From an uncultured Candidatus Saccharibacteria bacterium (GTDB lineage Bacteria; Patescibacteriota; Minisyncoccia; Phycocordibacterales; UBA918), in contig CAYGTP010000006.1 in NCBI GenBank assembly GCA_964352875.1, forward strand, positions 1-43,609: a stretch of DNA of 43,609 nt, in the 5' to 3' direction. Within the stretch, counting starts at the first letter, position 1. Each line of letters begins with the position of its first letter. Both the position numbers and the translations under genes were made by a program. The notes under the pieces were generated by a model. That model had not been told where the DNA came from, did not search any database, and worked only from the letters and a program-made list of their open reading frames with translations. Of the stretch, positions 27,962-36,809 are shown in pieces.

Positions 27962-30182
27962 CATTCTCCTCTTCAGGAGGTTTAACTACATTTGATTGAA
28001 GTAGTTGCAAAGTATTTAGTTGTTCTAGTTTCCAGAGTTGAACGGCATATTCCCAGTTCTCGTACTGGCTATCAGACTCAGGGTTATTTGGATAGGGACC
28101 GTTTGGATTGTCTTTAATTACAAAGTGTAAAATGTTGTGAATACCAGATAGTACATTTGCCATTCCAAGTTCGCTTCCAACTTCAGTGGATGAGCTGTTG
28201 AATTCTTGCAAAATCAACGTTGGGTCCACTACTGTACCGGTTAAAATCGGCTTAACCCCTTGGTAGTTGTATTCAGGTTTAGGGAATGTTTCAACCGGAG
28301 TCGTTTCAAGGGCCACATCCATAAACTCTCGCCACATTGGCGTGGTAATGAGTCCTGAGAGACCACCTCCCATGGCTGCATTGTCGTTATTACCAACCCA
28401 AGCACCGACGGCTAAATTAGGTGCATAGCCCATAATCCAAGCATCACGCAGGTTGTTTGTACTACCAGATTTTGCTGCTACGTCTCGGTTAGGGAAGTTG
28501 ATGAGGGAGTTGTATCCCCAGAGTGGGGCCCGCGCAATATTGTCCGAGAGAACGTCAGATATCATCAAAGCCACATTACGGTCGAGTACTCGCTCTGACT
28601 CGACTGGAGTTTCTTCAATAATCCGACCAGCAGCGTCTTCTATGCGCAAAATACTTCGTTGTTTGGTTCTCACCCCTTCATTTGCAAATACCGCATACGC
28701 ACCGGTGTGTTCAAGGAGTTTTACTTCTCCACCCCCTAATACTAACGTAAGCCCCAGTCGGTCAGGATCATTGAGGGTAGTGACACCCATATCAGTGGCG
28801 AGTTTTATAGCATCTCGCAAGCCTGTGAGGTAGAGAGCTTTTACGGCGGGAATGTTTAATGACTGGGCTAACGCCTTGCGGAAACTAATTGGCCCTAAGA
28901 ATTTGGCGTTATAGTTGTTTGGTGAGTAGCATGGGTTTTGGTTAGAAAAATTATTTGGTTCACAGCTACTACTAAATTGTGTTCGTACATCATAGACGAC
29001 AGTTTCTGGTAAATATCCTTTACTAAACGCTGATGCGTATACATATGGTTTGATCGATGATCCTGGTTGGCGCGGGGCAAGGGCTACATTAAAGTTACCG
29101 TCAATTTCTTCATCAAAATAATTTCGTGATCCGACCATTACTAAGATGTCTCCCTCTTGTGGATTCATAGCAACCAAGCCAGCGTTACTGGCGTTGAATC
29201 GTTCAGTGTTTTCAGCAGCCTTACGAGCCACTATTTCCTCGGCTTGTTTTTGTAGGTCCCAGTCAAGGGTGGTGATAATCCGCATACCTTGTTCAGCCAA
29301 CGCTTCTTCTCCAAATTTTTCTTCCAGTTGTTCACGAATATACATCACAAAGTGTGGGGCTCTGATACCAGTGATGGCTTGGGGTTGGAATTCTGGCCGT
29401 TCTTCCATTGCAGCATTAAATTCGTCTTCAGAAATAAAACCATTTACTTTCATTCGTTCCAAGACAAGATTTTTTCGTCGTTCGAGTGCATCAATGTTGT
29501 TGCCATAGGGTGAGAGGCGACTTGGTGCTTGGGGTAAGGCGGCAAGATACGCCGCTTCAACCAACGTGACATCACTTGCTGATTTACCAAAATATGACTG
29601 ACTCGCTTCTTCAATACCATAAATAGTTCCACCATATGGAGACTCGTTGAGGTAGTGCCAAAGAATTTCTTCTTTTTCTAGCACTTGTTCTAATTTAATT
29701 GACAGTACTACTTCTTTAACTTTACGGGTTAAAAGTTTGTCTTGTTCCAAGATAGCGTTCTTTACTACTTGCTGCGTGATAGTAGAACCACCTTGCCCAC
29801 CAAGTAAGTCGCCTGAAGTAAGGTTGGAGAGAGCCGCCCGAATAATTGCCCGTGGATCAATGCCAAAATGTTCATAAAACTGGTCATCTTCAATTGCAAC
29901 GGTAGCATTTTTGATGTGATGGGAGATTTCTTCCATCGGTACAATGGTCCGTTTGACGTCTTGATGGAGGTCGTAGAGGAGAACTTCACCGGTTCGATCG
30001 TAGATTTTAGTGGATTGGAGGACTCGACGTTGGTCAAAAGTCGACAAGTCTGGGATGTCAATAGTGGCAACCCATAACATAACGCCACCAACTGTGAAGA
30101 GGCCAATCACAAACAGCCCAATGAGTCCATCGATGACAATATCTGCCCAGTGTTTTTTTATCCAGTGCTTTAAACGTTTCAT
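27957..30182 (-). CDS. Class A penicillin-binding protein (transglycosylase/transpeptidase)
   Basis: EDDQF, GGSTITQQ, RKVKE, YLN; SSIK, SLN, KSG. Start 30182 or 30194. Confidence 0.93.
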   Translation of the reverse strand: MKRLKHWIKKHWADIVIDGLIGLFVIGLFTVGGVMLWVATIDIPDLSTFDQRRVLQSTKIYDRTGEVLLYDLHQDVKRTIVPMEEISHHIKNATVAIEDDQFYEHFGIDPRAIIRAALSNLTSGDLLGGQGGSTITQQVVKNAILEQDKLLTRKVKEVVLSIKLEQVLEKEEILWHYLNESPYGGTIYGIEEASQSYFGKSASDVTLVEAAYLAALPQAPSRLSPYGNNIDALERRKNLVLERMKVNGFISEDEFNAAMEERPEFQPQAITGIRAPHFVMYIREQLEEKFGEEALAEQGMRIITTLDWDLQKQAEEIVARKAAENTERFNASNAGLVAMNPQEGDILVMVGSRNYFDEEIDGNFNVALAPRQPGSSIKPYVYASAFSKGYLPETVVYDVRTQFSSSCEPNNFSNQNPCYSPNNYNAKFLGPISFRKALAQSLNIPAVKALYLTGLRDAIKLATDMGVTTLNDPDRLGLTLVLGGGEVKLLEHTGAYAVFANEGVRTKQRSILRIEDAAGRIIEETPVESERVLDRNVALMISDVLSDNIARAPLWGYNSLINFPNRDVAAKSGSTNNLRDAWIMGYAPNLAVGAWVGNNDNAAMGGGLSGLITTPMWREFMDVALETTPVETFPKPEYNYQGVKPILTGTVVDPTLILQEFNSSSTEVGSELGMANVLSGIHNILHFVIKDNPNGPYPNNPESDSQYENWEYAVQLWKLEQLNTLQLLQSNVVKPPEEENE

Positions 30183-30251
30183 AGATATGGCCATACTAGC
30201 ATGGGATGTCTATATGTTCATACTACGTCCCTGTGCTAGAGTTATGTCATT

Positions 30252-31493
30252 ATGACCCTGTCAGAAGAACTAAAAAACCGAGGTTTTGTCCATCAATTCA
30301 CGGCCGAAACACTCGAAGAATTATTTGAAGGTCCGAAACGAACGGTCTACCACGGAATCGATCCGACCGCTGATTCAGCGCACGCGGGGAATTTTGTACA
30401 ATGGATTTTACTAAAACATTTGATCAATCATGGTCACAAAGTAATTTTTTTGGTGGGGGGTGGTACCGGGCGAATTGGTGATCCAAAACCTAATGAAGAA
30501 CGGACACTTACTGATACGTCAGTCATTGACACTAACGTAGCAAAATTAAAGCAACAAGCCCAAAAATTATTTGGTGGAGCTGAGATAGAATTTGTAAACA
30601 ATAATGACTGGTTGGATGGTGTGGGCCTTATTGATTTTTTGCGTGACGTGGGAAAATACTTCACAGTAAATGAATTAATCAAAAAAGACGCGATTGCTAA
30701 TCGAATGGAAACGGAGGTAGGTATTTCATACACTGAGTTTGCGTACCCATTGCTGCAGGCCTATGACTACCTACAGCTGCATCGCACTCGTGGTTGCGAC
30801 CTTCAAATTGGAGGGTCCGATCAGTGGGGCAATATTGTGGCCGGGGTTGACTTGATTCGTAGATTAGAAAAGCAAACTGTTCATGCCTTTACCCAACCAC
30901 TTGTAGTTGATAAAAACACTGGTAAGAAGTTTGGTAAAAGTGAAGGTAATGCTGTCTGGCTCGATGCTGAAAGAACGTCACCGTATACGTTTTACCAATT
31001 TTGGCTCAATGTGACTGACGATAGTGTGATTGACTATCTCAAACGATTTACTTTTATTCCACTTACTGAAATTGCAGAGTTGGAGCAAGAATTTGCAATG
31101 AATCCAGGAGCGCGCCTAGCGCAACGCCGATTAGCAGACGAGGTAACAAAATTTGTACATGGTCAGGAGGCGGCTGTAGCGGCGGCGCGGGTATCAGACA
31201 CATTGTTTGGGTCGGGGGCATTAGCTGACTTAACCCCCGAGGAAGTAACAATCTTGGAAACCAATGCACCAATCACTAGTGTGCTAAATAATACAACGTT
31301 ACTTGATATGTTAGTTGTGAGTGAATTGGCTTCTAGTAAACGAGAAGCCCGGACATTTATTGAAAGTGGAGCTGTGCAGGTAAATGGAGAGAAGGTGACT
31401 GATGTCGATTTTGTGTTAGTGAGTCAAACTCCAGGTGAGTTAGTGCATGTAAAGCGTGGGAAAAAGCAGGTAGCAGTAGTAAAGCTAACATAA
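30252..31493 (+). CDS. tyrS: Tyrosine-tRNA ligase
   Basis: GIDPTADSAHAGN, YPLLQAYD, QIGGSDQWGNI, KFGKS, C-terminal S4 domain. Confidence 0.97.
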   Translation: MTLSEELKNRGFVHQFTAETLEELFEGPKRTVYHGIDPTADSAHAGNFVQWILLKHLINHGHKVIFLVGGGTGRIGDPKPNEERTLTDTSVIDTNVAKLKQQAQKLFGGAEIEFVNNNDWLDGVGLIDFLRDVGKYFTVNELIKKDAIANRMETEVGISYTEFAYPLLQAYDYLQLHRTRGCDLQIGGSDQWGNIVAGVDLIRRLEKQTVHAFTQPLVVDKNTGKKFGKSEGNAVWLDAERTSPYTFYQFWLNVTDDSVIDYLKRFTFIPLTEIAELEQEFAMNPGARLAQRRLADEVTKFVHGQEAAVAAARVSDTLFGSGALADLTPEEVTILETNAPITSVLNNTTLLDMLVVSELASSKREARTFIESGAVQVNGEKVTDVDFVLVSQTPGELVHVKRGKKQVAVVKLT

Positions 31494-31535
31494 TAAAAAA
31501 ACGCGGCGCCCTTGGGGCGCCGCGTTTTTTTATTA
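31491..31535. terminator. Bidirectional terminator, 21-bp perfect inverted repeat
   Basis: TAATAAAAAAACGCGGCGCCC-TTG-GGGCGCCGCGTTTTTTTATTA. Confidence 0.85.
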
Positions 31536-31805
31536 CATCTCATCTATGTCATCAAAGGTGTCAAAGTCGACATCTTCAGCATCTTCCTCTAAGGATTCTT
31601 CCTCGGGGTCATCTTCAGCTTCTGGTTTTTCAGGCGAGTCATCTTCTTCTGGGATAGTTCCAAATCCTTCAGTATCATCAGCTACCTCATCGTCATCTTC
31701 AGTGATTTCATCCAACACATCGTCACCAAGCGTCGCTAATTCATCATCGCCAGATTCAACTTCTTCTTCCTCTTCTTCAGTATCTTGAAAATTCACAAAG
31801 ATCAT
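31533..31805 (-). CDS. Highly acidic 90-aa protein
   Basis: 46 of 90 residues D/E, one Lys; ends at the terminator; co-oriented with ruvC. Confidence 0.75.
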   Translation of the reverse strand: MIFVNFQDTEEEEEEVESGDDELATLGDDVLDEITEDDDEVADDTEGFGTIPEEDDSPEKPEAEDDPEEESLEEDAEDVDFDTFDDIDEM

Positions 31806-31898
31806 ACGTGCGTATCAAACAAATTATTTCATTAAATTGTGTATTGTTTTTATCAGAGTCGGATTTAGTTTGCAACCCACTCGTTTCGACGTCAGATT

Positions 31899-32378
31899 CT
31901 AACCGCCCCGGCCATGATGTGCAAGGCAGGTTATGCCGACGGCAATAGCGTCATACTCGTCGTCCAAAGCCTTATGCGGAACATCTGGCACCAATCGTTT
32001 AACCATGTCTATTACCGCTCCTTTATCACTCTTGCCATAGCCAGTGACGGCAATCTTGACCTCCTGGGGACCGAACTCGTAGACATCAAGGCTGGATGAT
32101 TTGGCTAAATAAATTAAAATCCCCCGAGCCTGAGCCACCCCGATACCAGTTTTTTGGTTAGTGTTAAAAAAGAGGGTTTCCAAGGCAACACACGTTGGTT
32201 GCTGTTCGGCAATACAATTAGCAAAAGCTTGTCCTAAGGTGAGTAGTCGGTCTGGGAGGGGGTCGGTTTTTTTAGTTTCGATACAGGTTGAGTACAACAA
32301 CACTTCTTTCCCAGCTACCAGTTCAAGTACTGCTAATCCGAGTCGATCGTAACCAGGGTCGATGGACAATACACGCAT
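31899..32378 (-). CDS. ruvC: Holliday junction resolvase RuvC
   Basis: IDPG, ETLFF, QARG, VKIAVTGYGKSDK, DDEYDAIAVG. Confidence 0.95.
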   Translation of the reverse strand: MRVLSIDPGYDRLGLAVLELVAGKEVLLYSTCIETKKTDPLPDRLLTLGQAFANCIAEQQPTCVALETLFFNTNQKTGIGVAQARGILIYLAKSSSLDVYEFGPQEVKIAVTGYGKSDKGAVIDMVKRLVPDVPHKALDDEYDAIAVGITCLAHHGRGG

Positions 32379-32390
32379 AATTTATTTATT

Positions 32391-32933
32391 TTAAATTTCT
32401 GGAGAGTCGGCGGTGGTGTAAACATCCTGAACATCATCATTGTCCTCAATGCGTTCAATTAGTTCAGCCAATTTCTCTCCATCAGTATCTGAGAGTTCGA
32501 TTGGACTATTGGGTATATACCCATCGGCGGTTTTGGTAAAGGCCCACATCGCCGAACCCGGTGCACCTAGTTCATAACCAGCTTTAGAGAGGAGGTGGCG
32601 GATTTCTGGAGCGGTTCGGTTGTTGTTGTCGGTGACAGCGGTGATCAGCATAGCCGTACCACCCGGCCCGTAACATTCAAACATAATCTCTTCTAGAGCG
32701 GCGCCGTCGGCGCCGCTCCCTTTCTGAACTGCTCGTTCAATATTATCTTTTGGCATCGAGTCTTTCTTGGCTCGTTCTATTGCCGCTGCTAAACCTGGGG
32801 AGTTAACATCTCCATTAGCGTGTCGTGACTCCATCGCAATCAAAATAGCGTGTTTGGAAAATATTTTACTCTTGGCCGCATCGGTCGCCGCTTTTTTATG
32901 TTTTATTTTAGACCACTTATTATGTCCACTCAT
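32391..32933 (-). CDS. yebC: YebC/PmpR-family protein (short form)
   Basis: MSGHNKWSKIKHKK, MPKDNIERA, YGPGG, TDNNNRT, DDVQDVY. Confidence 0.93.
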   Translation of the reverse strand: MSGHNKWSKIKHKKAATDAAKSKIFSKHAILIAMESRHANGDVNSPGLAAAIERAKKDSMPKDNIERAVQKGSGADGAALEEIMFECYGPGGTAMLITAVTDNNNRTAPEIRHLLSKAGYELGAPGSAMWAFTKTADGYIPNSPIELSDTDGEKLAELIERIEDNDDVQDVYTTADSPEI

Positions 32934-33055
32934 AGTATGTTTAATTTACCAGCGCATTGTTCCATTTGCTGGTCTCGTAGTCAAACTAAACGGAGTAGTA
33001 TGGAATTATGTTCGACTTAAAAAGATGAGTGTATACATCGTAAACGTCTTGCTAA

Positions 33056-34036
33056 TTATAGATTTTGGAGATGGCTATAGGCGTCAGCGCTCGCGACACG
33101 GCCACGCGGAGTACGTTCGAGGAGGCCTTGGCGGATGAGGTAAGGCTCGATCACGTCTTCGATGGTGGATTGCTCTTCACCAGTGGCAGCAGCGATGGTG
33201 TTGAGTCCGACTGGCCCGCCGTTAAATTTATGAATAATGGCGTCGAGGACTGCTCGGTCTGGTCCACCAAGACCCAAGGTATCGATTTCAAGTAGTGTAA
33301 ATGTGCGCTCGACAATTTCATGGCTAAGATCTGTCTTCTCTAGTTGGGCCAAATCACGGCAACGTTTTAATAGATAGTTAGCCGTACGAGGAGTAGCACG
33401 ACAGCGGCGGGCGATATCGAACATCGTTTCAGCTGAGGCTGGAATGTTTAAGAGGTTGGCAGAACGGGTGAGGATCTCGGCAATCTCTTCATCACTATAA
33501 AATTCGAGCCGAAACGTTCCACCAGAAAAACGAGATCGAAGCGGGGAAGAGAGTAGTGAGATTCGGGTGGTGGCTGCCACCATGGTGAAGTCAGGGAGTT
33601 CGAGTTGGACTGTGCGCGCTGACGGTCCTTTTCCAATAATAATATCAAGTACGCCCGATTCCATGGCCGGGTAAAGTACTTCTTCGATGCTTTTTGAGAG
33701 GCGGTGAATCTCATCAATAAACAAGACGTCTCCTGGTGAGAGGTTGGTGAGGATAGCTGCCAGGTCTCCAACTCGTTCAATCGCCGGGCCAGAAGTCGCC
33801 CGTAGATTGGTACCAAGTGTCTTGGCTATCAAGTGAGCCAAAGTGGTTTTACCTAGTCCGGGTGGGCCATAGAGCAAGATGTGTTCAGCGGCGTGGCCAC
33901 GTTCTTTGGCCGCAGTTAAAAGAATCCGAAGGTTTTCTTTGGTTTTGGCTTGGCCAATATATTCTTCCCACGAATGAGGACGAAGCGTTTGGTCGAGGTG
34001 CCCAACTTCGGGCTTGGGGGTGGGTGTGTCAGCCAT
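33056..34036 (-). CDS. ruvB: Holliday junction branch migration ATPase RuvB
   Basis: LRP..YIGQ, GPPGLGKTT, FIDEIHRL, LYPAME, GGPVGL, RTPRGR. Confidence 0.96.
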   Translation of the reverse strand: MADTPTPKPEVGHLDQTLRPHSWEEYIGQAKTKENLRILLTAAKERGHAAEHILLYGPPGLGKTTLAHLIAKTLGTNLRATSGPAIERVGDLAAILTNLSPGDVLFIDEIHRLSKSIEEVLYPAMESGVLDIIIGKGPSARTVQLELPDFTMVAATTRISLLSSPLRSRFSGGTFRLEFYSDEEIAEILTRSANLLNIPASAETMFDIARRCRATPRTANYLLKRCRDLAQLEKTDLSHEIVERTFTLLEIDTLGLGGPDRAVLDAIIHKFNGGPVGLNTIAAATGEEQSTIEDVIEPYLIRQGLLERTPRGRVASADAYSHLQNL

Positions 34037-34071
34037 AGTGCGCTTAGTATAACAAATTAACTACAGCTGTA

Positions 34072-34099
34072 TGAGGGACGTGCTTTAGCACGTCCCTCA
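34072..34099. other. 13-bp perfect inverted repeat upstream of ruvB
   Basis: TGAGGGACGTGCT-TT-AGCACGTCCCTCA. Confidence 0.55.
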
Positions 34100-34161
34100 A
34101 GTCACTGGCGAGTATGTTTGTTTCAGATGTTGCGCTTCAAACTAGAATTCAAGGGTAGGGG

Positions 34162-34189
34162 TTGACAAAAAAATACTATGTGCTAGTAT
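34162..34189 (+). promoter_or_regulatory. Strong sigma70-type promoter
   Basis: TTGACA-16 nt-TAGTAT with extended TG; no long plus-strand ORF follows. Confidence 0.65.
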
Positions 34190-34195
34190 ACACGG

Positions 34196-34586
34196 GTTAA
34201 GTTCTTGCAACCAGTACTTGGTCGCAGTCCCTTCTATTTAAGGTATGAAAAAAGCCGCACAAACGGCTGATTTTACGCTGTTATATCCGTAACTCTCTAA
34301 GTAACGCGAGTGTGTTGCGAGGATTTTCTGGTACTCACTTCGAGTGAGAGCACTGGAGAAATTCCTTGGCGCGATGCTCACTTTCTTTGCGGAAGTTTTA
34401 CTTAGAGAGTTACGAATGTAACTAGGTTGTTTCAAAGGGCGACTTGATTTGGACTATATCATAGAGAAGAGAAAATACCTCTTGACCCCGTCCATACTTT
34501 ACTGTTGATTCAGTGAGGGTATGAGTGAGGTTGTTTGGTTTCAATAAAAATCAGCCCGGCGCCAAAAGCGCCGGGCTGATTTTTAT
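34196..34586 (+). ncRNA. Candidate structured ncRNA of unknown family
   Basis: Bounded by promoter and terminator; 25-bp stem 34280..34304/34398..34422 plus several G-U-containing hairpins. Confidence 0.45.
34544..34586. terminator. Bidirectional terminator, 19-bp perfect inverted repeat
   Basis: ATAAAAATCAGCCCGGCGC-CAAAA-GCGCCGGGCTGATTTTTAT at the pilB 3' end. Confidence 0.8.
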
Positions 34587-36307
34587 ACAACATGGCTACC
34601 AAAATTATCGTCAATGTCTTCCTTTAGTTTCGAGCTCGGTCTTCCCCGCGTGAGGTCAACTACTCGTTGGAGTTCCTCAAGCGAGGTTTCACCTTGGAGC
34701 ACACGTACCATACCGTCTTCAGCCATAGTGGGGATGCCTTGGGGTTTGGCAGCTTCCCAGATAATGTGTTCACGTGGATCACGTAGCACCGCCTCCTCGA
34801 CTGCTGTATCCATCAGGATTGCTTCAAACACGGCCTGGCGCCCAGTGTAGCCAGTACCACTACACTGCTCACACCCAACTGGCCGATACAGCTGGCTATC
34901 GGCAGCCAGTTGATGTGCTTGGGGATGTTCAGCGAGGATATTTTCGATTAATGTTCGTTCGTTCGGACTTGGTGCATACGCTTCACGACACTCTTGGCAG
35001 AGTAGCCGAACCAAACGCTGGCCAAGCATTACATTGACCGCTGTACCTAGAATGCGTGAGTCAACTCCCAAGTCCATCAAACGAGGGAATCCAGCAACTG
35101 CACTGTTGGTGTGAAGAGTAGAGAATACCAAGTGTCCAGTTTGAGCGGCGTGGATGGCGGTCTCGGCTACTTCACGGTCACGAATCTCACCAATCATAAT
35201 GATGTCGGGGTCTTGGCGCAGAATAGCCCGCAGGCCAGAGGCAAACGTGTAGTCGCCATCGACTTGGGTTTGGACAATATCATCAATTTTATATTCAACC
35301 GGGTTTTCAACCGTAATAATTTTGACACCCTCCTCATGCGTCTCTCGTAAAAATGCATAGAGGGCAGTTGTTTTACCAGAACCAGTCGGTCCGGTAGTGA
35401 TGATGAGTCCGTTGGGTCGTTGTAACTGTTCAGTCATCACTTCGAGTAGCCGGGGGTTGAGGCCAAGTTGATTCATATTAAAACTAGCGACGCTTGGGTC
35501 GAGGAGTCGCATAACAATTGATTCACCAGATGCTCCTGGGATAACTGAAGAACGGACTTCAATAACGTGGTCAGTCAAAGCAAACGTGAAGCGACCGTCT
35601 TGAGCTAAAGAACGACTGTTTAAAATCATCCCCGAGAGTAGTTTAAGTCTTGAAATCAAACGTTGGTACACGATGGTCTCGATATCAAGTACGTTATGGA
35701 GCACGCCGTCGAGTCGGTACCGCAATCGTACATCGGTAGCTTCTGGTTCGATATGTATGTCTGACGCCCCCAGTGCTACAGCGCCGGCAAAAATTGTTTC
35801 TAGTGTTTCAGAGACTCGTTGAGCGTTGTTGAGCGAGCGGATTTCTGCAATGTGGGCGGCGATGTCAGCAATAGTTTTAAAGCGTCTAATAAGTGTACCG
35901 ATGTTGGCAACGTCGATAGAGAGCACACCCTTTTCTACTGCCTCGGTATTTTTGCCGTCAGCATAACGGGCCCAACCATGCTTGAGGCTCTCAGTCGAGC
36001 ACATTTTGATCACTGGTTGGTAGCCCTTTTTTTCTAAACTAGCGAGGACAGCTTGGGTGTCTTTATTATTAGGGTTTCTGATGGCGACGTATAATTTACG
36101 CCGCAACATATCATAGGCCACTATCTCACCGCGCTTGGCGATATCTTCGGGAATAATATTTAGGGCAGTAGGGTTGAATGTAATACCGCGCAAATCGATA
36201 TAATCATAACCATAACTAGGCGCCAAAGTACGAACCAGACTCTCCTCCTCTTTTCGGTGGAGCTCAGCTAATTGCTCATTTGATTTTGTATCGTCAAAAG
36301 TAGGCAT
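34583..36307 (-). CDS. pilB: PilB/GspE type IV pilus assembly ATPase
   Basis: ASDIHIEP, RYRLDG, QDGR, GPTGSGKTT, LRQDPD, GEIRD, TGHLVFSTLH, two CxxC. Confidence 0.88.
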   Translation of the reverse strand: MPTFDDTKSNEQLAELHRKEEESLVRTLAPSYGYDYIDLRGITFNPTALNIIPEDIAKRGEIVAYDMLRRKLYVAIRNPNNKDTQAVLASLEKKGYQPVIKMCSTESLKHGWARYADGKNTEAVEKGVLSIDVANIGTLIRRFKTIADIAAHIAEIRSLNNAQRVSETLETIFAGAVALGASDIHIEPEATDVRLRYRLDGVLHNVLDIETIVYQRLISRLKLLSGMILNSRSLAQDGRFTFALTDHVIEVRSSVIPGASGESIVMRLLDPSVASFNMNQLGLNPRLLEVMTEQLQRPNGLIITTGPTGSGKTTALYAFLRETHEEGVKIITVENPVEYKIDDIVQTQVDGDYTFASGLRAILRQDPDIIMIGEIRDREVAETAIHAAQTGHLVFSTLHTNSAVAGFPRLMDLGVDSRILGTAVNVMLGQRLVRLLCQECREAYAPSPNERTLIENILAEHPQAHQLAADSQLYRPVGCEQCSGTGYTGRQAVFEAILMDTAVEEAVLRDPREHIIWEAAKPQGIPTMAEDGMVRVLQGETSLEELQRVVDLTRGRPSSKLKEDIDDNFGSHVV

Positions 36308-36346
36308 AGACTACTAAAGTATAGCATCGGTGCTACAATGCCCGGT

Positions 36347-36808
36347 ATGGAAATGACTGCACATAACACCACCGAGCTCATCCCGGTTGTGTCTGCAATT
36401 CTAGAGAGGGCAGTGGCGCTCCCTAATAATCGAGCGGTAGTGGTAGCACTGAATGGTGATTTGGGCGCGGGCAAAACCACTTTGACGCAACAGTTGGCGG
36501 CTCGACTCGGTATTGTAGAACAACTGACGAGTCCGACTTTTGTGGTGATGAAGCGGTATGACGTGCTGGAGCCTGGACCAGCTGGGCAAATGGCTACGCC
36601 ATTTGCCCAGCTGGTCCACGTCGACGCCTACCGTCTCGACTCGGTTGACGAGCTCAAGGTTTTACGGTTTGACGAAATTTTAGCTGAAGCGGGGACTATC
36701 ATATGTATTGAATGGGCGGAACGAGTAGGGGACATACTGCCAGCCGAACACGTTTCAGTCGCTATTGATATTGTGGATGGCGATACCCGAACGTTCACGA
36801 TTACGTAA
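36347..36808 (+). CDS. tsaE: tRNA t6A biosynthesis ATPase TsaE
   Basis: GDLGAGKTT, SPTF, HVDAYRL, IEWA. Confidence 0.95.
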   Translation: MEMTAHNTTELIPVVSAILERAVALPNNRAVVVALNGDLGAGKTTLTQQLAARLGIVEQLTSPTFVVMKRYDVLEPGPAGQMATPFAQLVHVDAYRLDSVDELKVLRFDEILAEAGTIICIEWAERVGDILPAEHVSVAIDIVDGDTRTFTIT

Positions 36809-36809
36809 T

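Noticed and set aside
34238..34435. 65-aa minus-strand ORF
   Set aside because: TTG start, no recognisable motif, coincides with the hairpin whose G-U pairs favour the plus strand.
34196..34586. RNase P RNA, tmRNA or SRP RNA
   Set aside because: No GAGGAAAGUCC, tRNA-like ends or SRP domain IV motif found on either strand.
34766..34781. parS site
   Set aside because: Only the CACGTG core matches; flanks deviate and it lies within pilB.
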